Below are positions 1 through 14,809 of a DNA stretch of 64,000 nt, piece after piece. The DNA comes from Hormiphora californensis (Eukaryota > Animalia > Ctenophora). A model generated the notes under the pieces. It had not been told where the DNA came from, did not search any database, and was given only the letters and a program-made list of their open reading frames with translations. A program made the translations under genes and the position numbers. Positions within the stretch are counted from its first letter, which is position 1, and the number at the start of each line of letters is the position of its first letter. The stretch lies in assembly GCA_020137815.1 (NCBI GenBank), contig CM035355.1, positions 5,580,001 through 5,644,000 of the forward strand, given 5' to 3'.

Positions 1-2099
<2,099 letters not shown>

Positions 2100-2892
2100 A
2101 ACCTGGAAAGCAGTTAAAACTAGATAAAGATCACAAATTTAAAAGAGCTGCTTCGCGCCAGCGGGTACTTCCCAGGGGCCTTGGCATACGTTGCAGGCCC
2201 CTTATAATATAATATAAGGGGCCTGGAGGGAATACCGCGCTAGGGGGAATACATAATCAATCATATCTCCGGTTCCAGATAAGGTACAGAAATCGTTTTG
2301 GTAGCGTTGGAAAGAGGAAGATAACAGCTTTCAAATGCAACCGGTTTCAGGTCTCTATCTTATCAGGAACAGGAGATATGAACCAAACTCCGCAAAATCG
2401 AGTGCGGTAAAATCAAAATTTGAATGAAATTTTAAAAAAGGTGTCCCTGCAAGAATCTGTGACGTCACTTTTTGAAAACAACCCATCTTTCAACGGCTAT
2501 TGCTCAGCCTCCTTAAGTCCAATTAACTTCTCTCAAAAACAGCAAGGTAGATAATCGTCAGATCTAACAACTGGTGAAAGAATCAAGTCAAACGGACTTC
2601 AGGAGCCAAAGTTATAAGCACCGCCGTTTTTTCGACCGCAAAGTTATCTTCGACCCAGCCGGGATCAGGCCAAACGCGCGCGCGGCATTCCCTCCAGTCC
2701 CCTCGTTGCGGGGGTGCGCGCATGAGGGGGCTGCAGCGCATTCCAACCAGGGGCCTAAACGCCGACCAGCGGACCGCTAGGCTTAAAAAGCTGACGCCCA
2801 ATTTCAGCATAACGCAATTAACCTGCCATCACTATTTGGTTTCTCACAGTAGCTTAGGAACTAGCTTTAGCTTATGGCCGTCAGGAGGCGGG

Positions 2893-3357
2893 ATAAGGAA
2901 CCATAATAAAGTTCAAGAGCGCACCCCATCCAAGAGCGCACCACCTCCAAAAGACACCACTTTGGCCTATGCTACAGGCCCTAGAAGCCGTGGAAAACGC
3001 GCGCACTTGGGGTCTGCAGCGCATGCCAAGACACCACTCCAAGAGCGCACCACATCAAAGAGAGCTCCCCATCCAGAAGATACCGCGCGCAGGGGACACC
3101 ACGCGCAGAAGAGACCGCACGCGCAAATACAACGCCGCGCTGGTCTCTTCTGCGCGTGGTGTCCCCTGCGCGTGGTATCTTCTGGATGGGGAGCTCTCTT
3201 TGATGTGGTGCGCTCTTGAAGTGGTGTCTTCTGGAGGTGGTGCGCTCTTGGATGTGGTCTCTTTTGGGTGTGGTACGCTCTCAGGTGTGGTCTCTCTTCG
3301 ATCGGGTGCGCTCTTGGGTGCTCTTGGAGGCTCTTGAACTTTATTATGGTTCCTTAT
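2893..3357. mobile_element. Non-autonomous foldback/TIR element
   Basis: ATAAGGAACCATAATAAAGTTCAAGAGC at the left end and its reverse complement at the right; internal mirrored CAAGAGCGCACC repeats and a central hairpin near 3030-3230. Confidence 0.8.
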
Positions 3358-3418
3358 AGGGGGCACAGGCAAGAGGTTTTGATTTTTACAGCGCTCTTTT
3401 ATTTTTTTTTGCCGGTTG

Positions 3419-3644
3419 ATAGTGGAAGCTCTTACGGTAATTCCCACGCCCCGTGGGAAAGTTTTTCGACCGTGGGAAAGTTTTCAAACCGTGGGAAAAG
3501 AGAGATACATACAATAACTAAAAAAAATAAATCTTTTTTTCTTAGTTATTGTATGTATCTCTCTTTTCCCACGGTTTGAAAACTTTCCCACGGTCGAAAA
3601 ACTTTCCCACGGGGCGTGGGAATTACCGTAAGAGCTTCCACTAT
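3419..3644. mobile_element. Palindromic MITE (~225 bp)
   Basis: Near-perfect ~105-bp arms (ATAGTGGAAGCTCTTACGG...CCGTAAGAGCTTCCACTAT) with internal CCGTGGGAAA repeats. Confidence 0.85.
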
Positions 3645-4166
3645 GAAACTTTTTTAAAACTGATTTTCATGTGGTAGCGCGCGTTGTTGAAATATGCTTT
3701 AATAAACGTAACGCGCGACATAAATATTAAAAACGTTGCCTTTTGCAAAGCCGCGCATTAACCCGAAAATCCATCTTTCCGATTTTTAACACCCACCCCC
3801 CCCCCATTTTTAACACCTTCATCAAATTTTTTCAAATAAAAAATTTTCAAGATGCCTGCGTCAAACTTTGACGCTTCCGCCTTCCTCAACTGTCTATCAC
3901 CATTCTTAGTGGCTAGTGCTAATTCTTATTTCTTTATCACCTCGCTGTCTCTTAACTAAAATTCAGATTCAAAGTCATTGCGTAGCCTGCTACATGGCGA
4001 CCTCGCCCCTCGGGTTACAAAAGTTTGGTATGAGCGTCGACCGTCCCCATTTAAAAAGGCCACAGAGGTCCGAAACAGATCTATTGAAATTACCAATTTC
4101 AAACCCCCTTCCTTGATTTTAGCGCGGCCATGATACAGGGAAATCGGTGATAATAACAGCCTAAAC

Positions 4167-7100
4167 ATGGAGTCTTCCCTTGAAACCGACGACCTTTCGG
4201 CCGACCCGACAACGCCAATTCATATTGAACTACCATCTTCGTCCCGTAACAGGTTTGTGGAAGTTCTTTTCAAATTTTATTGATCTTTTTCACGTGTACT
4301 CTACTTCATTGAGTATTTGTTCCTGATTAAAAACTATTACCTGTTTCAGTACCAGGGAACCGAAGCGACAGTTAAGGATTGTAGATCCTATCCGAGGAGC
4401 CCTATCACCAGAGCAGCTTTGTGGAAATCTTTCATTCAATTCCTACAACGATCAAGCATGTTACATCCGGGAGGTCTTCCCGTTTCTCTGCGAAGGTGGC
4501 GACGAATTCAACGCCGAGAAACCACTATCATTTTCAAACCTGGATTTAAGACTCAAACAAAGTATCTCTGTGCCCAGCCCCATTGCTGAGTTGGGTGTAG
4601 TCGATATGAAGAAGAGAGCCGATGTTGACGGAGTTCTGGGACCCCCCGTGGTCAGAATGGATTGCGGCCGATCCCTCGGTTACTTTGTCTACAGCAAGGA
4701 TAAGCTTGACATCGAGGGGAGGAGTAACTTTAGTACCTCCTGTGCTAACACCGCTCTCAGTAAGGGCAAATGGATGTATGAGGTCCTTCTATTGAGCAGG
4801 GGAATTATGCAGCTGGGATGGGCCTCACCGGACAGCTTCTCTAAATTTAACGCATCTGAGGGCGTGGGGGATACACCCAATTCGTTTGCGTTCGATGGGA
4901 AGCGAACTAAAAAGTGGAACAAAGGACAGACGGACTACGGCGAAGAGTGGAATGTTGGCGATGTTATCGGGTGTTGTATTGATCTGGATGTCGGAGAGAT
5001 TTCCTATTATCGAAATGGGACATCTCTAGGGGTAGCCTTCAAGAATGTCAAAACTGGCACCTGGTTACATGTATTTCCCCGCTGTTTCGCTTTCATATGA
5101 GGAACATGTTAGGATTAATTTCGGGGATCGTCCATTCAACTACAAGGTGGATGGTTTTGAGCCAATCCAGAGTTTCCCAGGGGAGGAACTGACCAGTGTT
5201 GACCAGTATTTGGGGTGTATCGATAACATTCTGAAACTTCACCTGAACAGTGCCGAAGGAGAGCAATCCTGTATTTTAGTCAGCTGTGCATGGCCCACAT
5301 ATTTGATAAAATAGGGCACCTCTTCACCAATCCCCTACGTGATACACTGTCTCGTTGTGCCCTTCCTGACCGAGAAATGCCAGTTGCCGGAGAAACGAGG
5401 GAAAATTCTTTGAGGCTGTAACAACGTTTCTGGAGGAGGATGAATTGGAGGAGTTTGTAAATGAGCTCTTCCACTCTGTGGCACTTCCTCTCGTATTGTT
5501 GCGTCTACTCCAACCAACCTACAGAGAAAATCCAATACCTCCAGCTGGCGGTGGACATGTTAGCTGATACCAAGTTCTCAGATATTATCGTGGGTTCGCC
5601 CCTCTTCGGCCAAAGGTTTATCCTCTATCTCCACTTCAAGGGTCCAGATGGGAGTCTGCTGGGCTCGATAGTCCCTCACCCCTGGTGGCCGGGGTATGAT
5701 GACCACAAGGACTCATTCGACTCTGCAACCCGGAGTATTCACAGCGCTATCAAACAGGTTGAGGCAATGTTCGCTAAAATGCTCGATATCCTTCTGAATG
5801 GTCGCCATCCTCAAGCGATTCTTAGTGTACCTTAACGATTTTATTGGCCACATCCTCACCGTGGCGGTCTCCCTCGCCAATCTTCCGGAATATCCCGATC
5901 CACCAACAGGCCTTCATGTCAAATCTCTTCCTTGCCATATCCCGGTCCCTAGCAGAGAGCACCTCCTCCCTCCCCGCATCTAGAGTTTACATCAAGCAGA
6001 GCTACTTTACCAGTAAAAACGACCCCAATGGGAAGGCGGAGCTGCAGCGGGTCGGTGGAAATCACTCACACCTGAAGAAAGAGTTCAAGGATTATCTGGC
6101 TAGGGTGCAAGATGTGGAACCAGATGACATGAGCCATCTGCTAAACCACACCGCCCTGCTGTTCCATCTGGGGGTCTACCGGAGACTCCTATCAGCTGAT
6201 CTCTTCTGTCGAGAAATGGTGGACCACGCTGCTAATCTCCATGCAGTCCGTCAAAAGATTGCCAAGTGTCCAGCTGGAGAAACTGATGTCATGGAGGATC
6301 TGAAGCAATGTGAGGCTGTGTTAGAGAAGGATACGATTACCACCAGCAGAATGACGGCGTGGATAAAAACTGTGATTCTCAGTGAGGCGAGGATGAATGA
6401 CATCATCTGGATGTTGAGAATGCTCCTTCACACCGTGGAAAATGTTGAAGGTAGTGCGTTTGTGTTCATGCCTGAGTTCTACATGATCGCTATTCTGAAC
6501 ATGTACCGTGCGTTACAAGAGTGTTTCCCCTCCAAGGCCCTCATGAAGCACCGGCAAGCACCGGTACTCTTCCGGGAGCTAGCTCAGTTCTTCTCAAAAC
6601 ACATTTGTAGTGAGGAGATTAAGAGTATAGACGTTAAAGATCATATCCTACAATCATCTGTCATCTTTGTCAACTATCGGCACACTCTGCAGGCACTGGA
6701 ACGTCTCCCAGAGGCCTCCTGTCACCACTTCATGTCCAGTATTGTGTCACAGTACAGCAAATCCAACTATGTCCATCTCTCGAGGATGTTAATACGATTC
6801 TGGAAGGGTCACGGTTTCGCCTATAGGGATCCCCCCGAGTATTATGGAAAACGCCACGAGGTCCTATTGCCCGGTGTTCTAGCTGGTACAGCCTGCTACA
6901 TGAGTGTGTATGAGGTGGAACCGAACCCATCGGTGAAGTACCAAAACCTCTTCAGCTCCTTCCTGTTGCAGGGACAAAACGGGGCAAAGTTCACTAACAT
7001 CGTCTTTAATCAGTTAAACTCATGTCTCACAGAATTCATGAACTCACGACTTGAAATCAGGAAGAATCCCTCCAATTACAACACTCTGGTTGAGAGGAGT

Positions 7101-7811
7101 TGCCAGATGTGGTACGACCTCACAACCATTTTGGTGCGATTCCTGGAGATGATCGCTGCTCTCGCACCCCAGATCATGATCGCAAACCCGGAGGCTATGG
7201 TATATGATGCTACTTCAGAGATCAACATGGAGCGGCTGGTGCAACTGGTGATCCAGATAATGAACCGGAACAAGCTCCTGGTGATGACTGAGGAGCACAT
7301 AATCCACCAGAAATTCAGCTCTATCGATGTACTGAAACTGAATGCTGGGATTACAGGCATTATCATCCACCTCAACCGAAACGCTCCCCATTTGATGGAA
7401 ATCTTCCTCAGGAAGTTGATCACAGAACAAGGATTTGATCTACCCGTCTTCCACAAGTTCATTACCGCTACAAAGGAGGTGGGAGAGAGAAGGAACCGGG
7501 GGACGGAGTACCATTTCGTGAATGAGGAGGAAGTGAAGGAGATCGATGATCTCCTGGCCATGGTGCAGTCTGTACAGCGGTCAATAGACGTCGAATCTCA
7601 CCAATCAGAAGCCACGATATCCGATGACGACCTCTGTCCCATCTGCTACAGTCGGCCCGTCAGTGCCATGTTCGTGCCCTGTCGCCATAAATCGTGTCGG
7701 GCGTGTATCACCCAGTATCTGTACAACTATAAAAACTGTTTCTTCTGCAAGACAAGTATTCAGGAAGTGGTGGACGCTGAGCCAGAACCGGAAACCGACC
7801 CTTCCACTTGA
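4167..7811 (+). CDS. RNF123: E3 ubiquitin ligase RNF123/KPC1 (SPRY domain + C-terminal RING); exon 1 4167-4252, exon 2 4350-7811; about 7 apparent frameshifts between 5050 and 5850
   Basis: SPRY/B30.2 motifs GKWMYEV, GIMQLGW, GVGDTPNSFAFDGKR, GDVIGC, YFPAVSLS; RNF123-type LQRVGG..SHL, FVFMPEFY and LIRFWKGHGFAYR; C-terminal RING CPICY...PCRHKSCRACI...CFFC. Exon 1 splices in frame (AG|gtttgt...ttcag|T). Confidence 0.93.
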
Positions 7812-8827
7812 AAATCAGGGGTTTCTGCGTCTGAGAGTGAATGAAATGAAAGAGTGTGTGTTGGGGGAGAGAGAGGGAGGGAGAGAAAGATTGATCTGAG
7901 ACAAAAGAACAAAATCAAATGTGATAGAGAAATGAGGTGGACAATATGAGAGAGATCTGATCTGTAATGAACCATATGTGGCCCGAATTTGTACGTCAAT
8001 GTGTCTGTGTGTGTGTGTCTGTTTGTGTGTAATTTTATCCGGCCGATAACTGCTGATTTGAGAGATGTCAAATAACAAAATACAGTTTGAGGTGATTTAA
8101 TGCAACCCCTTCCATTGAATATACCGAGTTTTTAATCCCCGTGTTATACTCCAATAGTCCAAACAATACAAGATCGAGAGTAGATCCCATTCAAAACCAG
8201 AGTTGAAACTAAACTCTCCAATAGTCCCAACAACAATAATTATTGTCATTTTTCCTCTTGGTCTAGAGATCTACACTAGGCAAAAGTAGATTCTAATACC
8301 GGTAGAGAACTCTACCAAAACCAGTTCCACGGAATTCCCAAAACGAGCTTTGTACAGGCGGGTTCTTTAATGAAAAGCTTTTAGTTTCTCGATTGTTAAA
8401 AGTACTGACGTCATGAAATGATGTCACAGACCACTCTAAATAATTATCCGAGAGAGAGGAAGTCATCACGAGATTCTCTAACTAGCAGATCATACTGCTC
8501 ACAAAACAAACATTACACACTCCAACTTTCTCTCTATCTTCAACTTTCTCTCTATCTTTCTTTCTCTCTTTCTTTTCTTCCTCTATTTCTCATCCGCTAA
8601 GAAATGCAAAAGTTTTAAATCACATTACTTCGTTTCTCTCTCTTCTCAAGTGTAGCTAGCTCCGTGTATACATCTGGTACGTGGTAGACAACGTCTGCAT
8701 AATACCCCCATTTTCACCCGCCCCGGAAGTTCACCACCCCCTTCATAATATAATTTCACCATCCTCCTTTCCACTTTTGCCCATGATACCCAACATTATC
8801 CCCTTCTCTCGCTATCTCTCTAGTGCT

Positions 8828-9343
8828 ATGTCTGGCGAGTGTAACTGTGACCAATGGAAAGAATACTTGGACGCATATAACCAGTTCTATCTACAACAAC
8901 AAACCAATCCGCTTCCTGAATCTGGACCAGTTCGGGGAAAGAAAAAAAGAAGAAACCGCCCTAATAGTACCCACACTATAACACCGGGTGCAGCTCGCGG
9001 CGGTGGGTCCAGTAACAGCAGAGGTCGGCCTGTCAGGTACTCGGAATCAGAATCCTACTACTCGGAAGAAGACCGAGCTGAACTAGCAGCATTTCTGCGG
9101 CAATCCCGGGATCACAGGGCTCAAGTGCGGTCTGATAGGGAGACTCAGAGCAAAGTGCAGCTAGAGGAGGTGAACTTTGAACGAAATGACACTGTCAATA
9201 GAGAGGACGTTATGGATAAACTATATGGGGAAGAGAAGGGGGTTGTGGCGGAACTGGAGGCAAGACTGAGTTTAGTTTATGAAACGTATTGCGATGAGAA
9301 TCAGCCTGTCCTGTGGCCTGTGTTATCTCTTAAACTCAGATAA
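8828..9343 (+). CDS. GEMIN8: Gem-associated protein 8 (SMN complex), single coding exon, 171 aa
   Basis: C-terminus MDKLYGEEKGVVAELEARLSLVYETYCDENQPVLWPVLSLKL matches the Gemin8 pattern M..LYG.....I...E..L.L.F...CD..QP..WP..PLK; also FLRQS..HR. ATG directly follows a pyrimidine tract ending in TAG. Confidence 0.85.
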   Translation: MSGECNCDQWKEYLDAYNQFYLQQQTNPLPESGPVRGKKKRRNRPNSTHTITPGAARGGGSSNSRGRPVRYSESESYYSEEDRAELAAFLRQSRDHRAQVRSDRETQSKVQLEEVNFERNDTVNREDVMDKLYGEEKGVVAELEARLSLVYETYCDENQPVLWPVLSLKLR

Positions 9344-10820
9344 CTAACACCTTCATGCATAATCAAGCAGTGTATGCTGGGAGTGTTACATGTGTTGAGA
9401 GTTGACGAACATGCGATGTTGCAGTCACCTCTCTACAACTCGTTGTTTGGAGTTGTAAGGGTGACTGCGTCACGAACATGTGACTTGTCTTTGTCGAGAT
9501 TATATATTCATTGTTGTACTATGACGTGTTTTATCTTATGCATATGACGTGTGACGTTATCTTTTTGTCATGGTAAAGGGGTGTAAGAGGAAAGAGTCAA
9601 ACACGTACTTGTCGGGCATATACTGGTGGATTTGAAAAGGTGTCAAGGTTTAGGTCATATTGTACGTGGTAAGGACTTATGCGATTATACAATCGTGTAG
9701 ACCATGTTATTTGATACACTTAACACTGACTCACTATCTGCATATATCAAAGCCCTACAAACACTTGACACCAGTTGCAGATAGTAAGTTAAAGTGTCTC
9801 GCGGCAACATTATCCCCCACCACCACAGCTGATTAAATGTCTTCGTCTGAATAATATTTAACCCCCCTCCCCCCACTGTCCTCCATATAGAGCTCGCCAC
9901 CTTCCACCACTGCCCTCGCCGACTGTAACTTTGCAATCAATGGGGCAACCTGTTTTTGACGTCATGGACTCCCACTCTTTTATTCAATTCCTGGTTATTT
10001 GAGAGGCTGCAGACAGCTAATGAGTAATGGGCCACCAACGTAGAATAATTCCACTACAAATTTCTTTCCTTCAAACTGACAAGAAATTTGAAGCAAGAAT
10101 TAATTTTGAGAGGTTATATTCACCTGTCTCGTTGAGATATTTTTTCTGTTCCCAAGCTGACCAAACAACACTAGCAAGCTGTTCTCACCAACCCAGTGTC
10201 AACTTATTTCGAAAGGCATTAGACTCTGAAAATTCAAAATTTCTTTAAAAAAAGGCATTATTTTCCAACTAAAAAGTGTTGGCAATGATACTAGATAGTA
10301 CATAGAAGACATTAGTTAACAGTTAATTCGTTTATTTGGGCATCTGTTTAAATAATGCCTGATAATGCCATCTTGAGACTCTGTTGAGTCACCAATCATA
10401 ACAGTTCGGAACCAAACATAGAATTATTTGAATGGAGCTGGGACTAGGGGATTCTAGAGAATAATGAAGCATCATATTTTATCTATCTGTATTTGCTCTG
10501 TGTGTGTAACAGGTGTGTGGGTCGGTAACATGAGTACCGCTCACGTGGCAGATCTAAAGAGAGTGCCATCATCACTAGATTGTGTGTGTGTTTGGGAGGA
10601 GGGCTTCAGGAGATTACGAGTCTATAATGCACTCTGCACAATATATGTTATATGCGGGTGTGGGGTTGGCTTGACGAGATTATAGTTCTTTTGTTTGCGG
10701 ATTTGTGTATGTAATAGTGAGGGGGACCCGGGGCCGGGGTGTGTGTTACCAGTTCTAGATTCACATGGAGAGATAGAGGAACAACTCGGATATATATCTA
10801 CATAGTGTGTAGAGATATAG

Positions 10821-11951
10821 GGTCACGGTCAAAAAGTCTGCTGAAATTTCGATATTTTGGGTTTCGAAAAATCGACCAAAATTATTGAAACCAATTTTTA
10901 GACCACTTAGACACCTTCTAGAAAGTTAAAATTTTGTAAGCAGGTCAAAATATGTTTAAATTATATTAATTTTAAATAATTAAATCAATTGCTCAACCAG
11001 TGTGGATAAAAACACAAGTTTTATGAATATCCACCTGGTTGAGTAATCTTTGTAGCTATGCCTCCATTTTGTGGATAACTGCAATAATAATTGTTGTGGG
11101 AACCTCGTCACATACGGTTGAGCAAGTTTTACTCAACCATTGTGGATACACAGCCTCCCAAACTTGACGATGCGTAAATTATCCACAATTTTGGTTACTC
11201 AACTTGTGAAATATTCCTAATCGATACCTAATCGATGGACAAGCTAGATTAGCTCCAATTCGATACTCAACAAGTGTGGATAACTTCGCTTTTCTGCTAA
11301 AATCTTCTAAACAGTAAAGAGACGTTATCCACACCGGTTGAGTTAATCTTTGCTCGGAAACTGTTCTTGTTGGTTGAGGTTGGTGTCTACATGTAATTTC
11401 CTGGCCATATAACTTACTCAATCGATGTGGATAAATGAGAATCGAAATGTCTAATGCTGATCAAAGGATACAAAAATGGTTATCCACACCGGTTGAGTTA
11501 TCCTTTTGTTAAAGTGGAATCTTATTTTCCAAGAAAAATGTTAGCCCTAGCCAATAAACCCGAAATAAATACCAAATGTATTCTCTTTCATACGGTTGAG
11601 TAACGATTTATGATGGAAACTGATGTTATCCACACAAGTTGAGTAAAAAAATAGATAAAACCAAAATAATTCATATTGTGAGTACCCATTCTTGTGTATA
11701 CTGAAATTTCATATTGCTAGCATGATCATCATGCGGTTGAGCCCGTTATCCACACGATTTGTTATCCACACTTTTTAAGTGCTGATTACAGAAAAACAGA
11801 TAAAGCAATTATATTGGACTTTTCAGATTGATAAAATTTGAACAATTTTGAGTGGGTTGAGTTCGAAAAATTTGTCCATGGAGAGGATCTTATCCACGAT
11901 TGAGTAAATTCAAAATTATATCGATTTTCAGCAGACTTTTTGACCGTGACC
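10821..11951. mobile_element. Non-autonomous TIR DNA transposon with internal TTATCCACA(n)GGTTGAGT motif array
   Basis: TIR GGTCACGGTCAAAAAGTCTGCTGAAA at the left and its reverse complement at the right; no long ORF; at least 10 copies of the internal motif in both orientations. Confidence 0.85.
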
Positions 11952-12608
11952 ATATCCAGTCAGTCTGTGTTCGTGCATGTACGTTTGTATGTATTCACAA
12001 AATGCAACTGTAACTACAAGATTCCTGTACGTGGTGGGGTATGTAGCAATTTAACCAGTGCGGTTAAAGAGTGGTTAAAAAGTGGTTAAAAGTGGTTAAA
12101 TATTTCCTCATATGGTTAAAGGAGTCCTCATATGGTTAAAGGAGTTTGGAGTTACCTCATATATCAGTACGGCAAATAATATCTTTGTATCAGAATTCTC
12201 AGAATGAACAGTTGGGCTATAGCAGTTGATCACGTCATATTAATTGTTATCATGATCTTCGGATCACTGCACGATACTAGTGACGGCTCTCTCGTGCTGT
12301 AATACAGCCGGTGATCAATAACCTGTCGTACAGGCTTGGTCATGTGTGTGGGTGTTTGTGTGTGTATGAAGTGAGTGGGTGATGTCTACAGCAGTTCAGT
12401 GCATAATTAAAACATTATCCTTAAAGGAGTCTGGGAATTATTAACAGGTGCCTAGTAGAATGTGTGTCACAACTCACACACCCCGCAATAGGACAATGTC
12501 ACAATTTTAACTCTGCGTGTGTGGGGGAGTGTAAATTGGATGTGTGCTGCAGTATTATGTGACAAAGGTAAACAAATCAGATGCTTTCTTCGTTCAATAT
12601 ACATGTAT

Positions 12609-12720
<112 letters not shown>

Positions 12721-14031
12721 CCTCATTCTAGCACATTTATATTTAAATCACTGCCTAAAGTGGCTACAGGTATATTTCCGATCACAGCTCGCAGCCATGT
12801 ATTAACAACTTTTATTACGTTTCTATTTCTCTGGAATTCCAATTTTAAATCTCTCTCTCATACTAGTTTTTCTCTTTCTCTCAAATCAATGTGCATCTGT
12901 CCGAACAACAGCTCTCCCGGTGTTTTTCATCTCCAGCTGTGTATGTGATTAACTGTAACCGGTACGTGTGTTTTATCTCACCACTCCGGCCCTATTTAAA
13001 ACTGTTAACGGCTGTCCCTGGTCCCACTGTCACGTTTCTTAAAAACACTGTTAACGGCTGGTCCCACTGTCACGTTTCTTACACACTGTTTTCTTATTTC
13101 TTCCACTGTTTTCTGCAGTGTGAATCCCATGCATGCTCTCCGACACATTTCGTTTGTGTGTCAGTGTGCATAAACGTCAGTATAATATGTGTGTTGAGAG
13201 AGTGTGTAATGATTTTATCCGGTCTAATCTTCCCAAAAAAACAAGGAAGATAATGATGGGGTGTGGCCATTATTGTAAAGAAGTATTGGAAGGAATGAGG
13301 GGAGGGTGAGAAAATCTCATTAATAAAACGAGGTCACGCCACTTTTGTATTTCAACAAAAAGTAATTTCCGGTGCTCCAATGATATCACATTATATGACT
13401 ACATCATGTTACATTTCGACAAAAAGCAATTATCGGAAATAGGGTGTGCGTGCAAAATCGTTTTGTCTAGAATCAAGATTTCAGATCTGATCTATCTCTC
13501 CATCTGCCCTGTCTGTCTTTCTCCGTCTACCTGTTTGTCTTTCTCCTTATTTCTCCAGACAAGTTTCCGCAACATATTTTTGGCACACCCAGGGCAGTTC
13601 AGCACATCTTCCAACCATCTCTGTCTCTTTACGGTCATTTAGCGGGGAAGAGAGATAGATGAAGACAGAGAAGGAGAGAGACGGAAATGTGGGAAACGAG
13701 AAAAGCGAAGAGGGAAAAAACGGGGATGAAAGTTGCTTATTAGTTTACCGGTGGAACACTGCTGGAAGTGAAGAGAAAACAGATGAAGAGAGGGATGACC
13801 TTTAATGCTGATTATTTTTTCTCTCTCCTTTTTCCCCCTCTTCTCTCCTTCTCTTTCTCTCTTTTCTTCTCCCCTCTTTCTGGCACTTTGTCTCAGACAG
13901 AGACAAAGAGTCTGATTAAAATTCACCATTTTGTCAACCGTGAAATATTTATTCTCTTTTGGGGAATTTTGTCGCCCCTGATCGCTAAAAATCTTGTTAT
14001 ATTTCTTTGCCCTCTGATCTCGCATAACAAC

Positions 14032-14229
14032 ATGTCTCTACTGGCCATTGCTTCTTCACTTGCTGCATCTAATAATACCACTACTGGAGGTTCAGGGGGC
14101 AAACCTTCCACACCTAAAACATCATCTCGGAAATCAAAGAATGAGTCTGGGATGGGTGGCAGCAGGGGAAACCCATCGCTACCCATACCAAAGGAAGGGA
14201 CAATACCTAAATCCGAGGTATCATTCTAG
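14032..14229 (+). CDS. Possible coding exon or fragment of an unknown Ser/Gly/Lys-rich protein
   Basis: ATG in AACATG context, protein-like composition (MSLLAIASSLAASNNTTTGGSGGKPSTPK...), possible donor GAG|gtatca at 14217. No recognisable domain, and the opposite strand is also open. Confidence 0.25.
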   Translation: MSLLAIASSLAASNNTTTGGSGGKPSTPKTSSRKSKNESGMGGSRGNPSLPIPKEGTIPKSEVSF

Positions 14230-14809
14230 CAGGTGTAATCCCTATTTTTATCTTTAGATCTGTTCTTTCCTCATCTCTTACTTGATCTGTGACGAGATAA
14301 TAGGAAAAGTTCTTGACAGTGTTACATTCCCATTAATTTACAACTCGGGTCCCCTCTAGCACACGGAAAAAAAAAACGACCACTCCCTGGGGCCTAAGGG
14401 AAAGAAAGGGTCGCCCCGGGATCTCCATCCAGCTCTACTAGCCCCACCAGCACTACCTCACCATCATCAGTCAACTACATCTACTACCTCCTTGTGTAAA
14501 ATTTGGTAACCGTGGCAACTGAAAACTCTATAACTCTATGTCTCTCTCCTGGTTGAGGGGTGTTATATGTAGACTTTAAGTTTTTTGAGGAACTAAAGTT
14601 ACTTTTGTGTCGCTAATGAGGTATATAGTAAAGAAATAGCATCACACCCAAACCCCAATGAAATATGATAACTTGGCTGTTGAGTAGCTCAGCAAGTTAT
14701 TGGTTATGAATGAGAATTTGAGTAACTTGCCGTGACAAAAAAGTTGTAAATGAGTTTCCCCACCCGACTTTTGGGAAATTAAACAGTTCATCACCATCAG
14801 TTTGTCTGT

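Noticed and set aside
4167-7811. RNF123 as a pseudogene or as four separate genes
   Set aside because: Domains are complete and colinear, shifts cluster in 800 bp mostly at homopolymers, and the remaining ~2.7 kb is undisrupted.
10821-11951. Bacterial contaminant oriC
   Set aside because: Bounded by TIRs, embedded among intron-containing animal genes, with no dnaA or other bacterial ORF nearby.
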